Below are positions 50,081-64,000 of a stretch of DNA of 64,000 bases, in pieces (the first letter of the stretch is position 1; each line of letters begins with the position of its first letter). The position numbers were made by a program, and so were the translations under genes. The notes beneath the pieces were generated by a model that was not told the DNA's origin, ran no database searches, and saw nothing but the letters and a program-made list of their open reading frames with translations. The stretch covers positions 9,672,001 to 9,736,000 of the forward strand of contig NC_043013.1 of assembly GCF_006345805.1 (NCBI RefSeq), read 5' to 3'. Source of the stretch: Octopus sinensis (lineage: Eukaryota).

Positions 50081-50504
50081 TATATGTAAAACTTAAAATT
50101 TCACTTTATCTTTATTTTGTTCTTTCAAGTGATAAGTTGAAGGCTTAAAAAATTACATAAGGCAAAAAGCGGGTAATAAAACGAGGTAAGATAGGAGGAT
50201 TAAGACCAACACAGACACACACACACAGAAGACACACACACACACAAATACATACACACACTCACTCATATATATATACAAACACACACCTGCACTCACT
50301 CTCACAAATAACTCTCACAAAAAGACGGAAAGACATCTAATTTTAATATGGATTGTTTTCTAAATAAGATGCATGTATTTATTTATTTAATATTCCTTTA
50401 AAAGTTTATTTTATTTTCATATATTTTCGAGAATTTTTCGCTTGTTTTGTGTTCTTCTCACATTTTTCACTTACGTGATAGCTTCCTGTAAAGTACAGAA
50501 ACTT

Positions 50505-50845
50505 TTGTGACTGTGTGGTAAGAAGCTTTCATCTAAGCTACATGGTTCTGGGTTCAGTCCCACTGTGTGGCACCTTGGGCAAGGGTTTTCTATTATAGTT
50601 TCGGGCTTACCAAAGCCTTATGAGTGGATTTGTCTGTGTTTGTCCCCACCATCATCGTTTGACAACCGATGCTGGAGTATTTACAACTCCGTAACGTAAC
50701 GGTTCAGCAAACGGAACCGATAGAATATTTACTAGGCTTACAAAAATAAGTCCTGGAGTCGATTGCTTCGTCTATAATTTCCTTAAGGCGAGGCTCCAGC
50801 ATGGCTCCAATCAAAATGATAAGAATAAAAGACAAAAGAATTTAA
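50505..50845 (+). mobile_element. SINE family A
   Basis: Head and body match; internal deletion. Confidence 0.8.
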
Positions 50846-50977
50846 TTTTGCAATTAATTCGCGAATAGTAAAATTAAGGTAATCTATTAGTTGTGTGTAG
50901 GTATCTACACACGTAGAGATTCTCTCTCACAGACACATACACACATTTATACATACGTAGACACGCACGTATCTAAA

Positions 50978-51120
50978 CAGGTGTGATTGTGCGGTTAAGA
51001 GGCTTGCGTTGCAATCACCTGGTTTCAGGTTACAATTCAAATGCGTGGCACCTTTCCACGTGTCTTCTACGCGTCGTCAGTAGTAGAAGAAACGTTGATT
51101 AAATCTGATAGATGGAAGCA
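50978..51120 (+). mobile_element. SINE family A head, old
   Basis: CAGGTGTGATTGTGCGGTTAAGAGGCTTGC...GCGTGGCACCTT. Confidence 0.55.
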
Positions 51121-51126
51121 TAGTGT

Positions 51127-51184
<58 letters not shown>

Positions 51185-52311
51185 GTGTGAGTATGTGCTT
51201 ATGTGTTTGCATACTTGCGTATCCGAATGAGCTGTGAGCCAGCATTGTAAAAATTCATTATATACTTATGTGTCGTTACCTTCATACGTACGTAGGATCA
51301 CATACACACGTGGACACGAGACAGACAATAGATAGACACACACACATTAGTCTATCATACTTCGAGTATATACACCTATATGTTTCATACGGGTATATCT
51401 ATGTATATATATAGATATATATATATATATTGATATATGATATATATATATGGTATGTATATATATATATACTTATATATATATCTATATTATAATATAT
51501 ACATCATATATATATATACAGTAGATATATATATATATATATATTATATATCACATATATATATATATATATATTTTTCGATGAGAGTGAGGAAAAAAAG
51601 TTCCAGCAGTTATGTATGTCAGTGTGCTTTGCAATTCAAATATCTGTGTGATATGTGAATGAATCTGAATCCAAAGTCCTGTTTCCTACTTATAGACTTT
51701 TGCCGCTGAAGTAAAATTCCCAGCTTGCATGTCAGTAGCAGTAAATCACTGGTCTGTTATCTTTATCCAAAGCTTTTCCTTATAAGATTTTCTAGGAAGT
51801 AAAACAGTCAATAACAATATATGTTTTCCACATATACATTCCCATCATCAGCTGTCAAACTGATATCACTCTGGTTTCGACACCTGGCTAGTATTATTCA
51901 ATATTGCAGTGTCAAGAGCATTAAAACACAAGCGTTGCCCGGGAAACCATAGTAATCAGCAGGAGAAGAACTTTATGACGACATCTGCTTTTTACTAGAA
52001 GCAACAACATAGAATTAAACAAATAGTTTTAACATATAGTTACAAAATAGTAAGTATAAATCAAAGCGCTCACACTCAAAAGGAAGTATGATATAAAGTT
52101 ATAATGCAAAGGAACACTCGATATAAACATATCAAAAGAAAATAATCTATTCAAATACCGATATTGCACATGATAATATCAGCCGATGGAACAGCAAACC
52201 AACACATGCATACAGATACCTAATGTATGTATGTATATATATGTCTGTTGTCTGTCTGTCTGTCTGTCGTCTGTCTGTCTGTATGTATGTATGTATGTAG
52301 TATGTATGTAT

Positions 52312-52542
52312 ACTCTCTTTACTGTTTTACTTGTTTCAGTCATTTCACTGCTGCCATGCTGGAGCACTGCATTTAGTCGAACAAATCGGTCCCAGGACTT
52401 ATTCTTTGTAAGTCTACTACTTATTCTATCGGTCTCTTTTGCCGAACCACTAAATTACGGGGACGTAAACACACCAGCATCGATTGTCAAGCGATGTTGG
52501 GACAAACACAGACACACAAACACAAACACAAGCACAAACACA

Positions 52543-52579
<37 letters not shown>

Positions 52580-52751
52580 ATATATACGACGGGCTTCATT
52601 CAGTTTCCGTCTACCAAATCCACTCACAAGGCTTTGGTCGCAACGAGGCTATAGTAGAAGACACTTGCCCAAGGTGCCAGGTAGTGGGACTGAACCTGGA
52701 ACCATGTGGTTTGTAAGCAAGCTACATACCACACAGCCACTCCTGCGCCTA
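52312..52751 (-). mobile_element. SINE family A, full length
   Basis: Reverse complement of the 27408 copy. Confidence 0.9.
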
Positions 52752-53169
52752 TATATGTATGTCTCATATTTTTTTTAATTGTTATAAATCTTCCCCTGAG
52801 GAGGGTGCCGGTTTCCAACAAAGATACAAGGTTCCATCTTTGGGGTTTAGTTAAAAGAAACAAATTCACATTTGGAACTTGAGAAAAGTCTTGTATATAT
52901 GTATGTACGTACGTATGTATGTATGTATGTATGTATGTATGTATGTATGTATGTATGTATGTATGTATGTATGTATGTATGCATACATGCATGTATGTAT
53001 GTGTGTATGTATGTATGTATGTATGTATGTATGTATTTATGTATGTATGTATGTATGTGTGTGTGTATGTATGTATGCATTCCAATATGGCATGAAGTAC
53101 ACTCTGGAATTACCTCGTGTTTAGGAAATTCTAAATTTACTTCTAGCCACTCAACTGACCGCATATATA

Positions 53170-53400
53170 TGTTTCTTTATTACCCACAAGGGGCTAAACA
53201 TAGAGAGGACAAACAAGGACAGACAAACGGATTAAGTCGATTACATCGACCCCAGTGCGTAACTGGTACTTAATTTATCGATCCCCGAAATGATGAAAGG
53301 CAAAGTTGACCTCGGCGGAATTTGAACTCAGAACGTAACGTCAGACGAAATACGGCTACGCATTTCGCCCGACGTGCTAACATTTCTGCCAGCTCACCGC
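53170..53400 (-). mobile_element. SINE family B, full length
   Basis: Near-identical to 22348-22577. Confidence 0.9.
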
Positions 53401-54369
53401 ATATATCATAGGGGTCTCGTTTCTGTTCAACATTGCATTGTTAAATAAACATTTTGTTGAAGGCGTTTGGTTACTAAATGAAACACAGAATTCTGAAGCG
53501 AGAAGACAAGCCAAACTCCATGTACTTTTGTTGTTTTTGAGGATCGTTTAGTGCAAAAGGTAGAGGCTTACAGCCTTTATTTCTCTTTCTTTTTTGTCGA
53601 TATTTTAATTGTTTTTTTTCGAGGGACGTTGTTGTTTTTTTTCCATATATATTTACTATTTATATATGATTTTTCTTTTTTTTTTTGATTCATGGTCAAT
53701 GAGTGAAAACGACCAACAAATAATACAATACCTCGAATAACAAAACCGAAAAAAAAACCAAAAAACACTCATACACACAAACTACTATAATCAAGTACAA
53801 AAGATTAGTTCTAGTTTTATTGTTATTTATATGTATTATTTATTTATTTTCCTTTTTATTCTTATTTTGCTTATTATTTTTTTTCCACCTTATTTATAAC
53901 AATTTATTGGTGATCTGATCTTTGATACGTCACTTGCGGCGATACCAGGGCTGGCAAGGTTTGAAGAAGAGATGTTTATCCATGCATAGCACTTACACCA
54001 CCCGCTGTGCCGCTGGTGTTGTTTATGACCGCGCAATAACAACAACAACAATAGCTACTACTACTACTACTACTACTACTACTGGTAGTATTTCCGGCTG
54101 CCACTCGCTCGATTGCTACTAGTATTACTAACATAAATTGTACATTTTCTGTTACTTACTTCACTCACCCACAGTGACAAAAAATAGTGAAAAAAGAAAA
54201 AAAAAAAAAGAAACGACCAAAGAACAAAAAGCAAAAACAATATAATAAAACAAAAAGAAAAAAGAAGTAGTGATAGTCATAACTATTCTCACCTTTGTTG
54301 GATAATATCCAACTTAATTTAAATTCACAGGTACAACCACTCTCACACCGTACCAACCGATATATACAA

Positions 54370-54433
<64 letters not shown>

Positions 54434-55205
54434 GTATGTATCTATGCATTCATACGCACTAACCGACGCACAGACACATACTCAGGTGACCTCTACTATC
54501 TACTATTATTATATATAAACACCTGTAAGTGATTCAGTACAATTGCTAATTACTAAAGTCTATGATTTACTCTGAAAAATATATTGTTAAAATAGGTGTA
54601 TCATTTCATTTTGTATGTATGTTTGCATGTTTGTATATACACACTACACAGGTATGAATACGTTCATATTTCCTTTTAATTATTAGTATTCTTCCATTCA
54701 AGAAGGGAGTCGCATACTAGCAAAGAACCAAAATATTCTTCCCAAAAATTTGTATAACACCAATACTAATTTTGCGATTCAAATTTTACAAAAGTCTTGC
54801 ATAATTTTACTGTTCCACCCACCAGTTGCATAAGTAAAGTTCATGCTATTGATCTCTTATTTTGGAGGGGGGGGGGGGCTTGAAAATCTCAGCTTTTGAA
54901 AATTATCACTTAGAGATTTGCAAATTTCCATTTGCATCTGGAACTAACAGCCACTAAATTCTGTTGGAGAGATTTTTCATCACATGTACTACCGATGTAC
55001 ATACATACATACATACAACATACATATATATCTTATATATATATATATAATATATATATAATAATATATATATATACATATATATATGTATTATATATAT
55101 GTATATACATATGTATGTATGTGTGAATGGATGTGTGCAGGTAGGTATGGATATGTGTGTATATATACATACCTATATATACCTAAACATATATATATGT
55201 GTATA

Positions 55206-55283
<78 letters not shown>

Positions 55284-55437
55284 TTGCGTCCACTTAACTT
55301 AGCGGTTTGGCAAAAAGTAATAAGTACTGGCTTAATTGACTTCACTCTTAAAGATTATGCCCCTGGATGGTTGGAGTCCATATATATATATATGTATATA
55401 TATAATATATATATTATATATAATATATATTATATTG

Positions 55438-55485
<48 letters not shown>

Positions 55486-55560
55486 TGTATGTATGTTGTA
55501 TGTATGTATGTATGTATGCATGCATGTATGCGTGTACACTCATAAGCATGTACACACACA

Positions 55561-55620
<60 letters not shown>

Positions 55621-56059
55621 CATGTAAATTAGTACGTTAGGAATAATTATATATCATTGTTATTGCATATTTGATAGAATGTAGCTTATAATAGATCATA
55701 TCGATATCCATTGTTTAATCAAGGTATCGATACTCGTTTTATCGAACTCGGAAAGCTCTAAATCTTTCGTATCTCTAGGAAATAACATTAGAAAAATTGG
55801 TTTTGGACGTAATATGAATTGTTTTATCTTCGTATATTCATGTAACAGAAAAGAAGAGTTATTGAAACCAGTACTTGTGTGATACATTGTTCAATCTGGA
55901 TTCGAACTTAGAGGATAGAGAACTGAAGCAATTACGACAAAAGATTTTTATATTTGATCTTTAAACATCCTGATAATTTCCAGGCAGTTATTTGATTAAA
56001 TTCCTTTCTGCTGTGAAATTAAATTCGTAAGTAGGGTAACTTTTCATTTTATCCCCCAG

Positions 56060-56125
56060 AGTCGATAACGTGAATATTGCAACGATGTGGCAGCTTTCAC
56101 AGATTGAAGAACGGAATGCTTTGTG
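56060..56125 (+). CDS. Candidate 66-nt internal exon of an unidentified gene (VDNVNIATMWQLSQIEERNAL)
   Basis: Acceptor TTTTCATTTTATCCCCCAG|, donor TG|GTATGT, length a multiple of 3, only one open frame. No homology recognised. Confidence 0.3.
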
Positions 56126-56574
56126 GTATGTGTTCTGGTTCTCTTCGTTCGTAGGTTCGAATAACACCGAAGGTCAACTCTAAATTGCACTAGCTTAATC
56201 TTCTTCTTCTTCTTCCTTTGCATACAATCTGCTCTGGTCAGACGTAGGAAAGGATGGGTTCTACTAGTTCTTTTTTAGATGCTCAGCCTATGCCGTATGC
56301 CTACTGTACCTATGAAGTTACAATATAGTTTCCTGAAATGGAAAACTCTGCTACTGGTTAAATTGCGTGTGAAGTGAAGAAGGTAGATTTGATAACACGA
56401 ATTAGCCGCGATTTATTTAGGTATATAATATGTATACATCATTTTTTAATATAACAAAGAAAGTATTAATGCAGACTAACACACTTACACAAGCGCTAAT
56501 ACATGTTCACGTTGACACACACACTCACACACATATATGTATATATATATAATTATAAATATAAATATTTATAC

Positions 56575-56628
<54 letters not shown>

Positions 56629-56944
56629 CATATATATATATACATATATATATAATATATACATGCATATACATATATAGAGAACCAAGGACCCTTTGGG
56701 TCAAAACCAGTTGATACTGGGAGCGCTGGCTCGAAAAGCAATTCAACTTGTTGTATTTGCAATTAATGGTAGGAAAATAATAATAATATATATATACACA
56801 CACATACATATGCACATGTATACACACACACACACACACACACACACATATTATCTGATATTCACATCGATGATTTTTTAAAATTTCTGAATTCAATTGT
56901 GTTGTTGCAATAAAAGTTATATATATATATAAATATACACATCG

Positions 56945-57248
56945 AGCTTACGATCGTGAGGTTGTGAGTTCGATTTCCGCACCGGGCTGGGTGTTGTGTT
57001 CTTGAGCAAGACTCTTTATTTCACGTTGCTCGAGTTCACTCAGCTGTAGAAATGTGTTGTGACATCACTGGTGCCAAGGTGTATCGGCATTTGCCTTTCC
57101 CTTGGATAACATCAGTGGTGTGGAGAGGGGAGGCTGGTGTGCATGGGCGACTGCTGGCCTTCCACAAACATCCTCGCCCGGACTTGTGCCTCGGAGGGTA
57201 AATTTCTAGGTGCAATCCCATGGTCATTCATGACCGCAGGGGTCTCCT
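56945..57248 (+). mobile_element. SINE family E
   Basis: B-box-like GAGTTCGATTTCC; body homologous to 30214-30526. Confidence 0.8.
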
Positions 57249-57267
57249 CCATATATATGGGCGCTAT

Positions 57268-57440
57268 GATAGATCGTTACCCACTACACATATTTTTTTC
57301 TCTCCTTGTTTCTCTCTTTGTTTTTTCTGTGTCCCTTTCTGTAGAAGAGCGTAGGCTCGAAACGTAAAAGACTTTTTCTATTCCTGAGCGTTATATCAAT
57401 ACATCTGTTTGTTTTGTACACCACCTGTCTTCGTCTTTTG
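57268..57440 (+). mobile_element. Family H3 repeat with hammerhead-like motif
   Basis: CTTT-CTGTAGA-A-GAGC-GTAG-GCTC-GAAA-CGTA-AAAG at 57335-57370. Confidence 0.75.
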
Positions 57441-58006
57441 TAAAAAAAGTAAAGAGTAATGCGATCTGGCGGAGATTAGAGTCCTTAACATGTTGCCAGT
57501 GTACTCAGATGCTTTATCAGAGCATTCTTGTATTTGACGTTCCATGTTTAAGATTTATGTAAAAGTTTCTATATGACTATACAAAAACTTGGTGGTATAG
57601 TATGCTAAACCAAAAATATCGGTTTATATAGGGAGTTTTGAAATTACTGCGTACACGGAAAGAGGGCTGTAGTGAAATAGTGAAATAGTGAAATAGAGGG
57701 CCGTATGAAATAGTGAAGCGATGCTTCACTGTTGTCAAAGTCTTGGCTGACGTAAGTAAGAGTAAAAGTATGTTACTAATTATGTATACAAACATACATG
57801 CATAGATAGTAAATATACGAATTGCCACGATATGAATATGCACACTTCCATAAGCACACACACATATATATATAACTATCCATCCATTCATACGTACATA
57901 TATATTCACGCACTCTTATATACAAACATGCTTATATACAAGCGTACACATGCAGATACATATATACACACATCTACATATACAAGTATATATATATATA
58001 TTGTAT

Positions 58007-58080
<74 letters not shown>

Positions 58081-58121
58081 ATATATATATATACTATATA
58101 TTATATATGTATGTATATATT

Positions 58122-58169
<48 letters not shown>

Positions 58170-59070
58170 TGTAGTATGTATACACACGTATATGTGTGTG
58201 TGTGTATGTATACATGTACAAACATTGATAATTTAGCCTAATTGTTTCGTTTGTAACACATACGCGCTCTCTATACATACATACATATCGCAGACATACA
58301 CACGCGCGGACGCAAAGGAATAATAACAGTTTCACCCAAAATACTTAAAACATTGGAGTGGATGCGCTCATTTCCAAAAAAACAAACGTTCATACACGAC
58401 TATTCATCGTCACATCCTAAACAAAACTCGTCACAACTGTTTGACAAATTTCCTTACGAGGGAAAAGAAAGCGACGTTAGTCGCGGAAGTTCGGAGCGTA
58501 AAGGGAAATAACTAAAAATACGAAAATAACTTTGCCTGAAAGTCTGTTTACTGATGTATTTCCAAACGTGAAGTAACCATAGAATTTAGTGTTGCGTTCC
58601 ATTTGTATGGTATGACTTGTATGAGTATTAATTTCTAGATGATTACTTGATGGACTGCTACAAACTGTTGTTAAGTTAGATAAAAGAGTTTCAATGTAAG
58701 AATGATTAAATGCTCCGACTGGAGACGTAACTAACCGTCTAATCACATAAAAAAACTTCGAATTCTAAAAGAAATATAAATTAAATGCGTGGATGATTAA
58801 TGACACCATTGAAGAAACGCTTTGCCTGTTTTTAATAAATAATTTATCATCATGTTTACCACCACCACCACCATCATCGTTAACACCATCATCACTACTA
58901 GCAACAGCACCACCACTATCAATCAACATCATAATTATCATTGTTGTTGATTTTGTTGTTACTGTTTATTTTTTGTTGCTGTTGTTTTGTTGTTGTTCTT
59001 GTTATTGTTATTACTATCATTGAAGCAGGCCATGTACCTATATGTAGAAAATATTATTATTTTTAATATT

Positions 59071-59735
59071 GAAGGCGACGAGCTGGCAGAATCGTTATCG
59101 ATTCTAAGTGGTATTTCGTCCGTCTTTAACGTTCTGAGTTCAAACTCCACCGAGGTCGACATTGCCTTTCATACTTCAGAGTCGATCAATTAAGTACCAG
59201 GGAAATCGACTTGTCTCCTCCCAGCAAATTTCAGGCCTTGTACTTCCAGTAGAAAGGACTATTATTATTGCTGTTATTGTTGTTGTTAAGGCGGCTAGCT
59301 AGGAGATCGTTAGCACGCCAGGCAAAATGCTTAGCGGCATTTTGTCCGTATTTACGTTCTCAGTACAAATTCTGCCGAAGTTGACTTTACCTTTCATCCG
59401 TTTTGGAGGTCAATGACATAAGTACCAGTTGAGAACTGGAGTTGTTGTAATCGATAATCCACCGCCCCCAAAATTTCAGACCTTGTGCCTATTATAGAAA
59501 TGATTATTGTTATCAATACTATTAAAGCGACGAGGTGGCAGAATTGTTAACACGGTGGGCGAAATGCTTAGCAGTATTTCGGCTGATACTACATTCTGAG
59601 TTCAAATTCCGCCGAGATCGGCTATGTCTATCGTCCTTTCGGTGTCAAAAAATTAAGTAGCAGTTGCGTACTTGGGTCGATCTAATCGACTGGCACCCTC
59701 TCCCAAAATTTCGGGCCTTGTGCCTAAAATAGAAA
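59071..59735 (+). mobile_element. Cluster of four older SINE family B copies
   Basis: Repeated AAGGCG(A/G)CGAGCTGGCAGAAT / TTCTGAGTTCAAA / CTTTCAT units. Confidence 0.75.
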
Positions 59736-59751
59736 AGATTATTATTATTAC

Positions 59752-59794
<43 letters not shown>

Positions 59795-59823
59795 ATTATT
59801 ATTAATAATATTATTATTATTAA

Positions 59824-59887
<64 letters not shown>

Positions 59888-60348
59888 ATAACGAAATTGG
59901 TTCCAGTGAGTGGAAGAAACAGCTATGTCGAATGTTTGCAATGATACTAAATCCTTAATATATGTATCTTTGTTGCTTTCTTTTAATGAATATGTACAGA
60001 TTCCACGGAACTGACATTTTAAGCGGTTCCAATCTTAAATAAGCAATGGTGACTAGGTTTTCTTATATTTTATAGTTTGGAGTAGACACGACTTATAAAT
60101 AAATAAATAAATGAATAAGTGAATAATTAAATAAGTAAATAGCTAAATGAATAATAAATAAATAAATAAATAAATAAATAAATTAGTTTAGCAGCATCGG
60201 ATGCAACAAAAGAATGGCGGAATACGTTGTAAGGGAGATAATGCTAAATAGCAGTCAGTAAAATTCTTTGTCCAGAATTTTAGGAAAGGGAAATACAAGC
60301 ATGCGAATTTCCATACGTTTAGAATTGTGTATATATATATATATTTTA

Positions 60349-60412
<64 letters not shown>

Positions 60413-60477
60413 ATTATAAATATATATATATTTAATATATATATATATATATATATAATATATTTATATATATATAT

Positions 60478-60512
<35 letters not shown>

Positions 60513-60633
60513 AATAATATATATATATATATATATAATTTATATATATATGTATATATATATTTAATATTCATACATATATATATATATACATATATAA
60601 ATTTATACATATATATACACACACATAAATATA

Positions 60634-61236
60634 TAAATCCTTAAATCCTTAAAAATGTTTTAGCCCGAAGGCCGCGGCCATGCTGGGGCACCACCGCTGA
60701 ATGAGCTACACTAGATTGTGAATCCAACTGATACGTGGCACTTGATCAACAAGGGAGTTCGATGCTGCTGCCCGCATCCGCATCTCCTGTCGTGAGGTAG
60801 GTTCATCTGGGACTCCCAACAAGAAGAGATCCAGTTTAGTTTAAAGAAACCCACATCCACACCATGTAAGTCTCTCAGGCATTTAGGGAGGATGTTAAAG
60901 AGCTGTGGTCCTCTGAAACCCAAGCTGTTGCAGTATCTGGACCTGTATTTTGATGGTGATGTTGGAATCCTTGGCACCACGCAGCGGCGCCCCGTTCTGC
61001 GGTTGGAGAGTAACTTTGAATGCCAAAGTTTGGGACAAGACCCTCCAGGATTTTCCAGATGTATATCACTGCATATCTCTCTCGCCTCCGCTCCAGGGAG
61101 AAGAGGTTTTAATACCTTCAGTCTTTCCCAGTAGCTGATATTTTGCATTGAGACGATTTTCTTTGTGTAGCTTCACTGAATTGCTTCGAGTTCTGCTGTT
61201 TGTTTTATATTGTGTGGTGACCAAAGTTGGGAGCAG
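60634..61236 (-). mobile_element. 5'-truncated CR1-type LINE, (AAGGATTT)n tail
   Basis: CSQLWSPH..ELEAIQ..YTKKI..MQNISYWERLKVLK...IYIWKILEGLVPN...RYCNSLGFRGPQLFNILP (frameshifted). Confidence 0.88.
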
Positions 61237-61285
<49 letters not shown>

Positions 61286-61356
61286 TATATATATACATAT
61301 ATATATAATATATATATATATATAATATATATATATATATAGTATATTATATATAT

Positions 61357-61406
<50 letters not shown>

Positions 61407-61486
61407 ATATTCATACATATATATATATACACATATAAATTTATACATATATGTAAACACAACATAAATATATATATACATATATA

Positions 61487-61518
<32 letters not shown>

Positions 61519-61688
61519 ATATATATATATATTTATATATATATATATATATATATAAGTATATATAAATATATATATATATATATGTATATATAAATAT
61601 ATATATATATATATATTATATTAATATACATATATATATATTTATATATACAATATATAAATATACATATATAAATATTTATATATAC

Positions 61689-61783
<95 letters not shown>

Positions 61784-62325
61784 GTTAGTTAGTTAGTTAG
61801 TTAATTTGGCTCAAAAGCAAATAGCAAGGCCATGTAGGGGGACATGGAGTTAAGTACAGGATGGTGTTCATGTAAAGAGTTCAGGCCACTTGAGGTCAAG
61901 GGAGGCTTTGAACAAAGCGGTCGTCGGCATCTTCACCATCTCGTCTGGCAGCTTGTTCCACGGATCCGCAACCGGACGGAGAAAGCTCCTCTCCTTCGAT
62001 TGAGATGAAATCGTCGCAGGTAGAGCTTTTCGGAATGACCCCGCAGCCGACCGCTCTGGAGCAGGAGTGAAGAACAGCTCTTTCGAGAGGTTACACTTTC
62101 CGCTTATGATGTTGTGGGCGAGAATGAGATCACCACGGCGGCGGCGTTTTTCAAGAGAATAAAGGTCGAGCGTCCTCAGCCTTTCTTCATAGGACAAATT
62201 TTTGAGACCATGAACGATGCGGGTAGCCAGCTTCTGGACTCTTTCCAGATGCTGTATGTATTTGAGGAGATAAGGAGAAGAGGCTTGAATCCCGTACTCC
62301 AATATGGGTCTCACTAGCGTGACAT
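61784..62325 (-). mobile_element. 5'-truncated CR1 LINE, (TAAC)n tail
   Basis: LVRPILEYGIQASSPYL.K.IQHLERVQKLATRIVHGLKNLSYEERLRTLDLYSLEKRRRRGDLI...WNKLP. Confidence 0.92.
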
Positions 62326-62911
62326 ATATAGATATATGTTTATCTATCTATCTCTCTCTCTCTATATATATATATACATACATGTAATTTACATATATAT
62401 ATATCCTTAAATCCTTAAAAATGTTTCAGCTCTAAATGCGTTTACATAGATATATATATATATGTTTATGCATATAATTGCTTATATATATGTACGTGTG
62501 TGTGTGTGTGGGGGGTGAATTTATATATATATATATATATATATAATTATTATATAAAGGTCACAATACATGTATTCATATGCTGAGAGAACTGAAACAT
62601 ATTCTTCAGGAGCAAACCACATGTCACAACGAACTAAAAAAATTGAATAAATAGAACAAACGCGATGAAGCTGAGAAGACAGCATATAAAAAACGCAGAC
62701 AGTAAACGACTGTAAACAAGAAACGGAAAACGAAACTAAAGTGTCTCTCAAAATATGAAACTATTAGTAGAGGTTTAATACATATATTATGACCGTTAAA
62801 AAATGATAATTATATCTCACCAGATGGAGTAGTTTTTTGTTGTTGAATATCAGGGTTCAGTTCATTTTATATGTTATGTATATATATGTATATATATGTG
62901 TATATATATAT

Positions 62912-62962
<51 letters not shown>

Positions 62963-63689
62963 TATATATGTATGTATATATATATATACATTATATATAT
63001 ATATGTATATATATAATATTATTATATTATCATTATATTATTATTATTATTATTATTATATTATTATTATTATTATTATATTTTTATGTATATATACATA
63101 CATATCCTTTTTTGTGTGTGTGTAAATAAATATGTATCTTTACAAATATGCACTCCCAGATAAACCTACATATACGCACATACGTAAATAACATTTGCAT
63201 ACATACATGCATACATGCATAAATACATACATACATACATACACATATACACACATGCATGCACGCACGCACACAGACACGCACACGCACACATATAATA
63301 CATATATATATAATCACACACCATACACACAAATATATGTACACAAATGTATAAATATTTTCGCCTTGTGTGTGGGTGTGTATACGTACTCATGAATCCA
63401 TATAACCATAGGTATTTATATGTGTGTGTAAATACTAGTATGTATATAAAGGTTTGTGTATACCCGTGCTCTGTTGTACACAAGTCGACTGAAGAAGGAG
63501 TACGCTTTTTTATGTCCTAGTAATTTTGAGCTTCTTGTATATTGAGATTCCTGTAACTTTGCACAAACACACTGATGAAAGTAGAAAATTCAATGTTGTA
63601 CTGGTCATATTTTGTTTGTCTAATCCTATAAATTCGGATTAAAGCAAATTTTTGTATGTGCATATTCATATATACATGTATATATATAT

Positions 63690-64000
63690 GTATATATATA
63701 GTTGAAATTTACAGAAAAACAAAAAAGACGTGACAGTTCTATAAACAACAAGAATATATATATATAGGGAGAGTTTACGAAAAAATCCAAAAGACGAAGA
63801 CAGGTGGTGTACAAAACAAACAGATGTATTAGTTTAACGCTCAGGAATAGAATAAGTCTTTTACATTTCGAGCCTACGGTCTTCTCCAGAAAGGGACACA
63901 GAAAAAACAAGGAGAGAAAAAAATTTGTGTAGTGGCTAACGATCTATCATGCCGACTAGTGCTGGACAGAGGGGTCAAACACGAGAGGAAAGTAGGATAT
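63690..64000 (-). mobile_element. Family H3 repeat (runs off window end)
   Basis: Reverse complement of 57268-57440 and 17430-17620; motif at 63858-63893. Confidence 0.75.

Noticed and set aside
56026-56154. Gene with tiny 29-33-nt introns flanking the 66-nt exon
   Set aside because: The spliced product has stops within about 17 codons upstream and 2 codons downstream, and such introns are implausibly short for this lineage.
62404-62430. Independent element (ATCCTTAAATCCTTAAAAATGTTTCAGC)
   Set aside because: It is only an extremely truncated tail of the CR1-type family at 60634.

Overview
Eukaryotic, very AT-rich and microsatellite-saturated DNA whose repeat content points to an octopod cephalopod (Octopus-type tRNA-derived SINEs; (TA)n, (CATA)n, (TAT)n and (CAC)n arrays; one 100-N gap at 15744-15843). 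I find no intact protein-coding gene. Almost all ORFs in the supplied track are translations of microsatellites. The recognisable coding relics are all mobile elements: a pogo/Tigger transposase, a Tc1/mariner transposase C-terminus, RTE and CR1 LINE ends, and R4/Dong-like restriction-like-endonuclease LINE fragments. At least five SINE families and several non-autonomous Helitrons (including a head-to-tail dimer) are also present. The most interesting signal is a set of short non-coding repeats from four families that carry minimal hammerhead-ribozyme-like folds (CUGANGA - stem II - GAAA - palindromic helix III - NUH). They often sit in fold-back palindromes inside (TA)n arrays, and one copy also has a tRNA-type Pol III promoter, which suggests Penelope-derived retrozyme-like elements. 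Other points of note are a (TAA)n-targeted LINE pile-up at 45.8-49.1 kb, a cluster of three RFX X-boxes at 26.3 kb, several CpG-rich promoter-like islands, and isolated candidate micro-exons of an unidentified host gene. All family assignments come from my own motif recognition; no database search was run.
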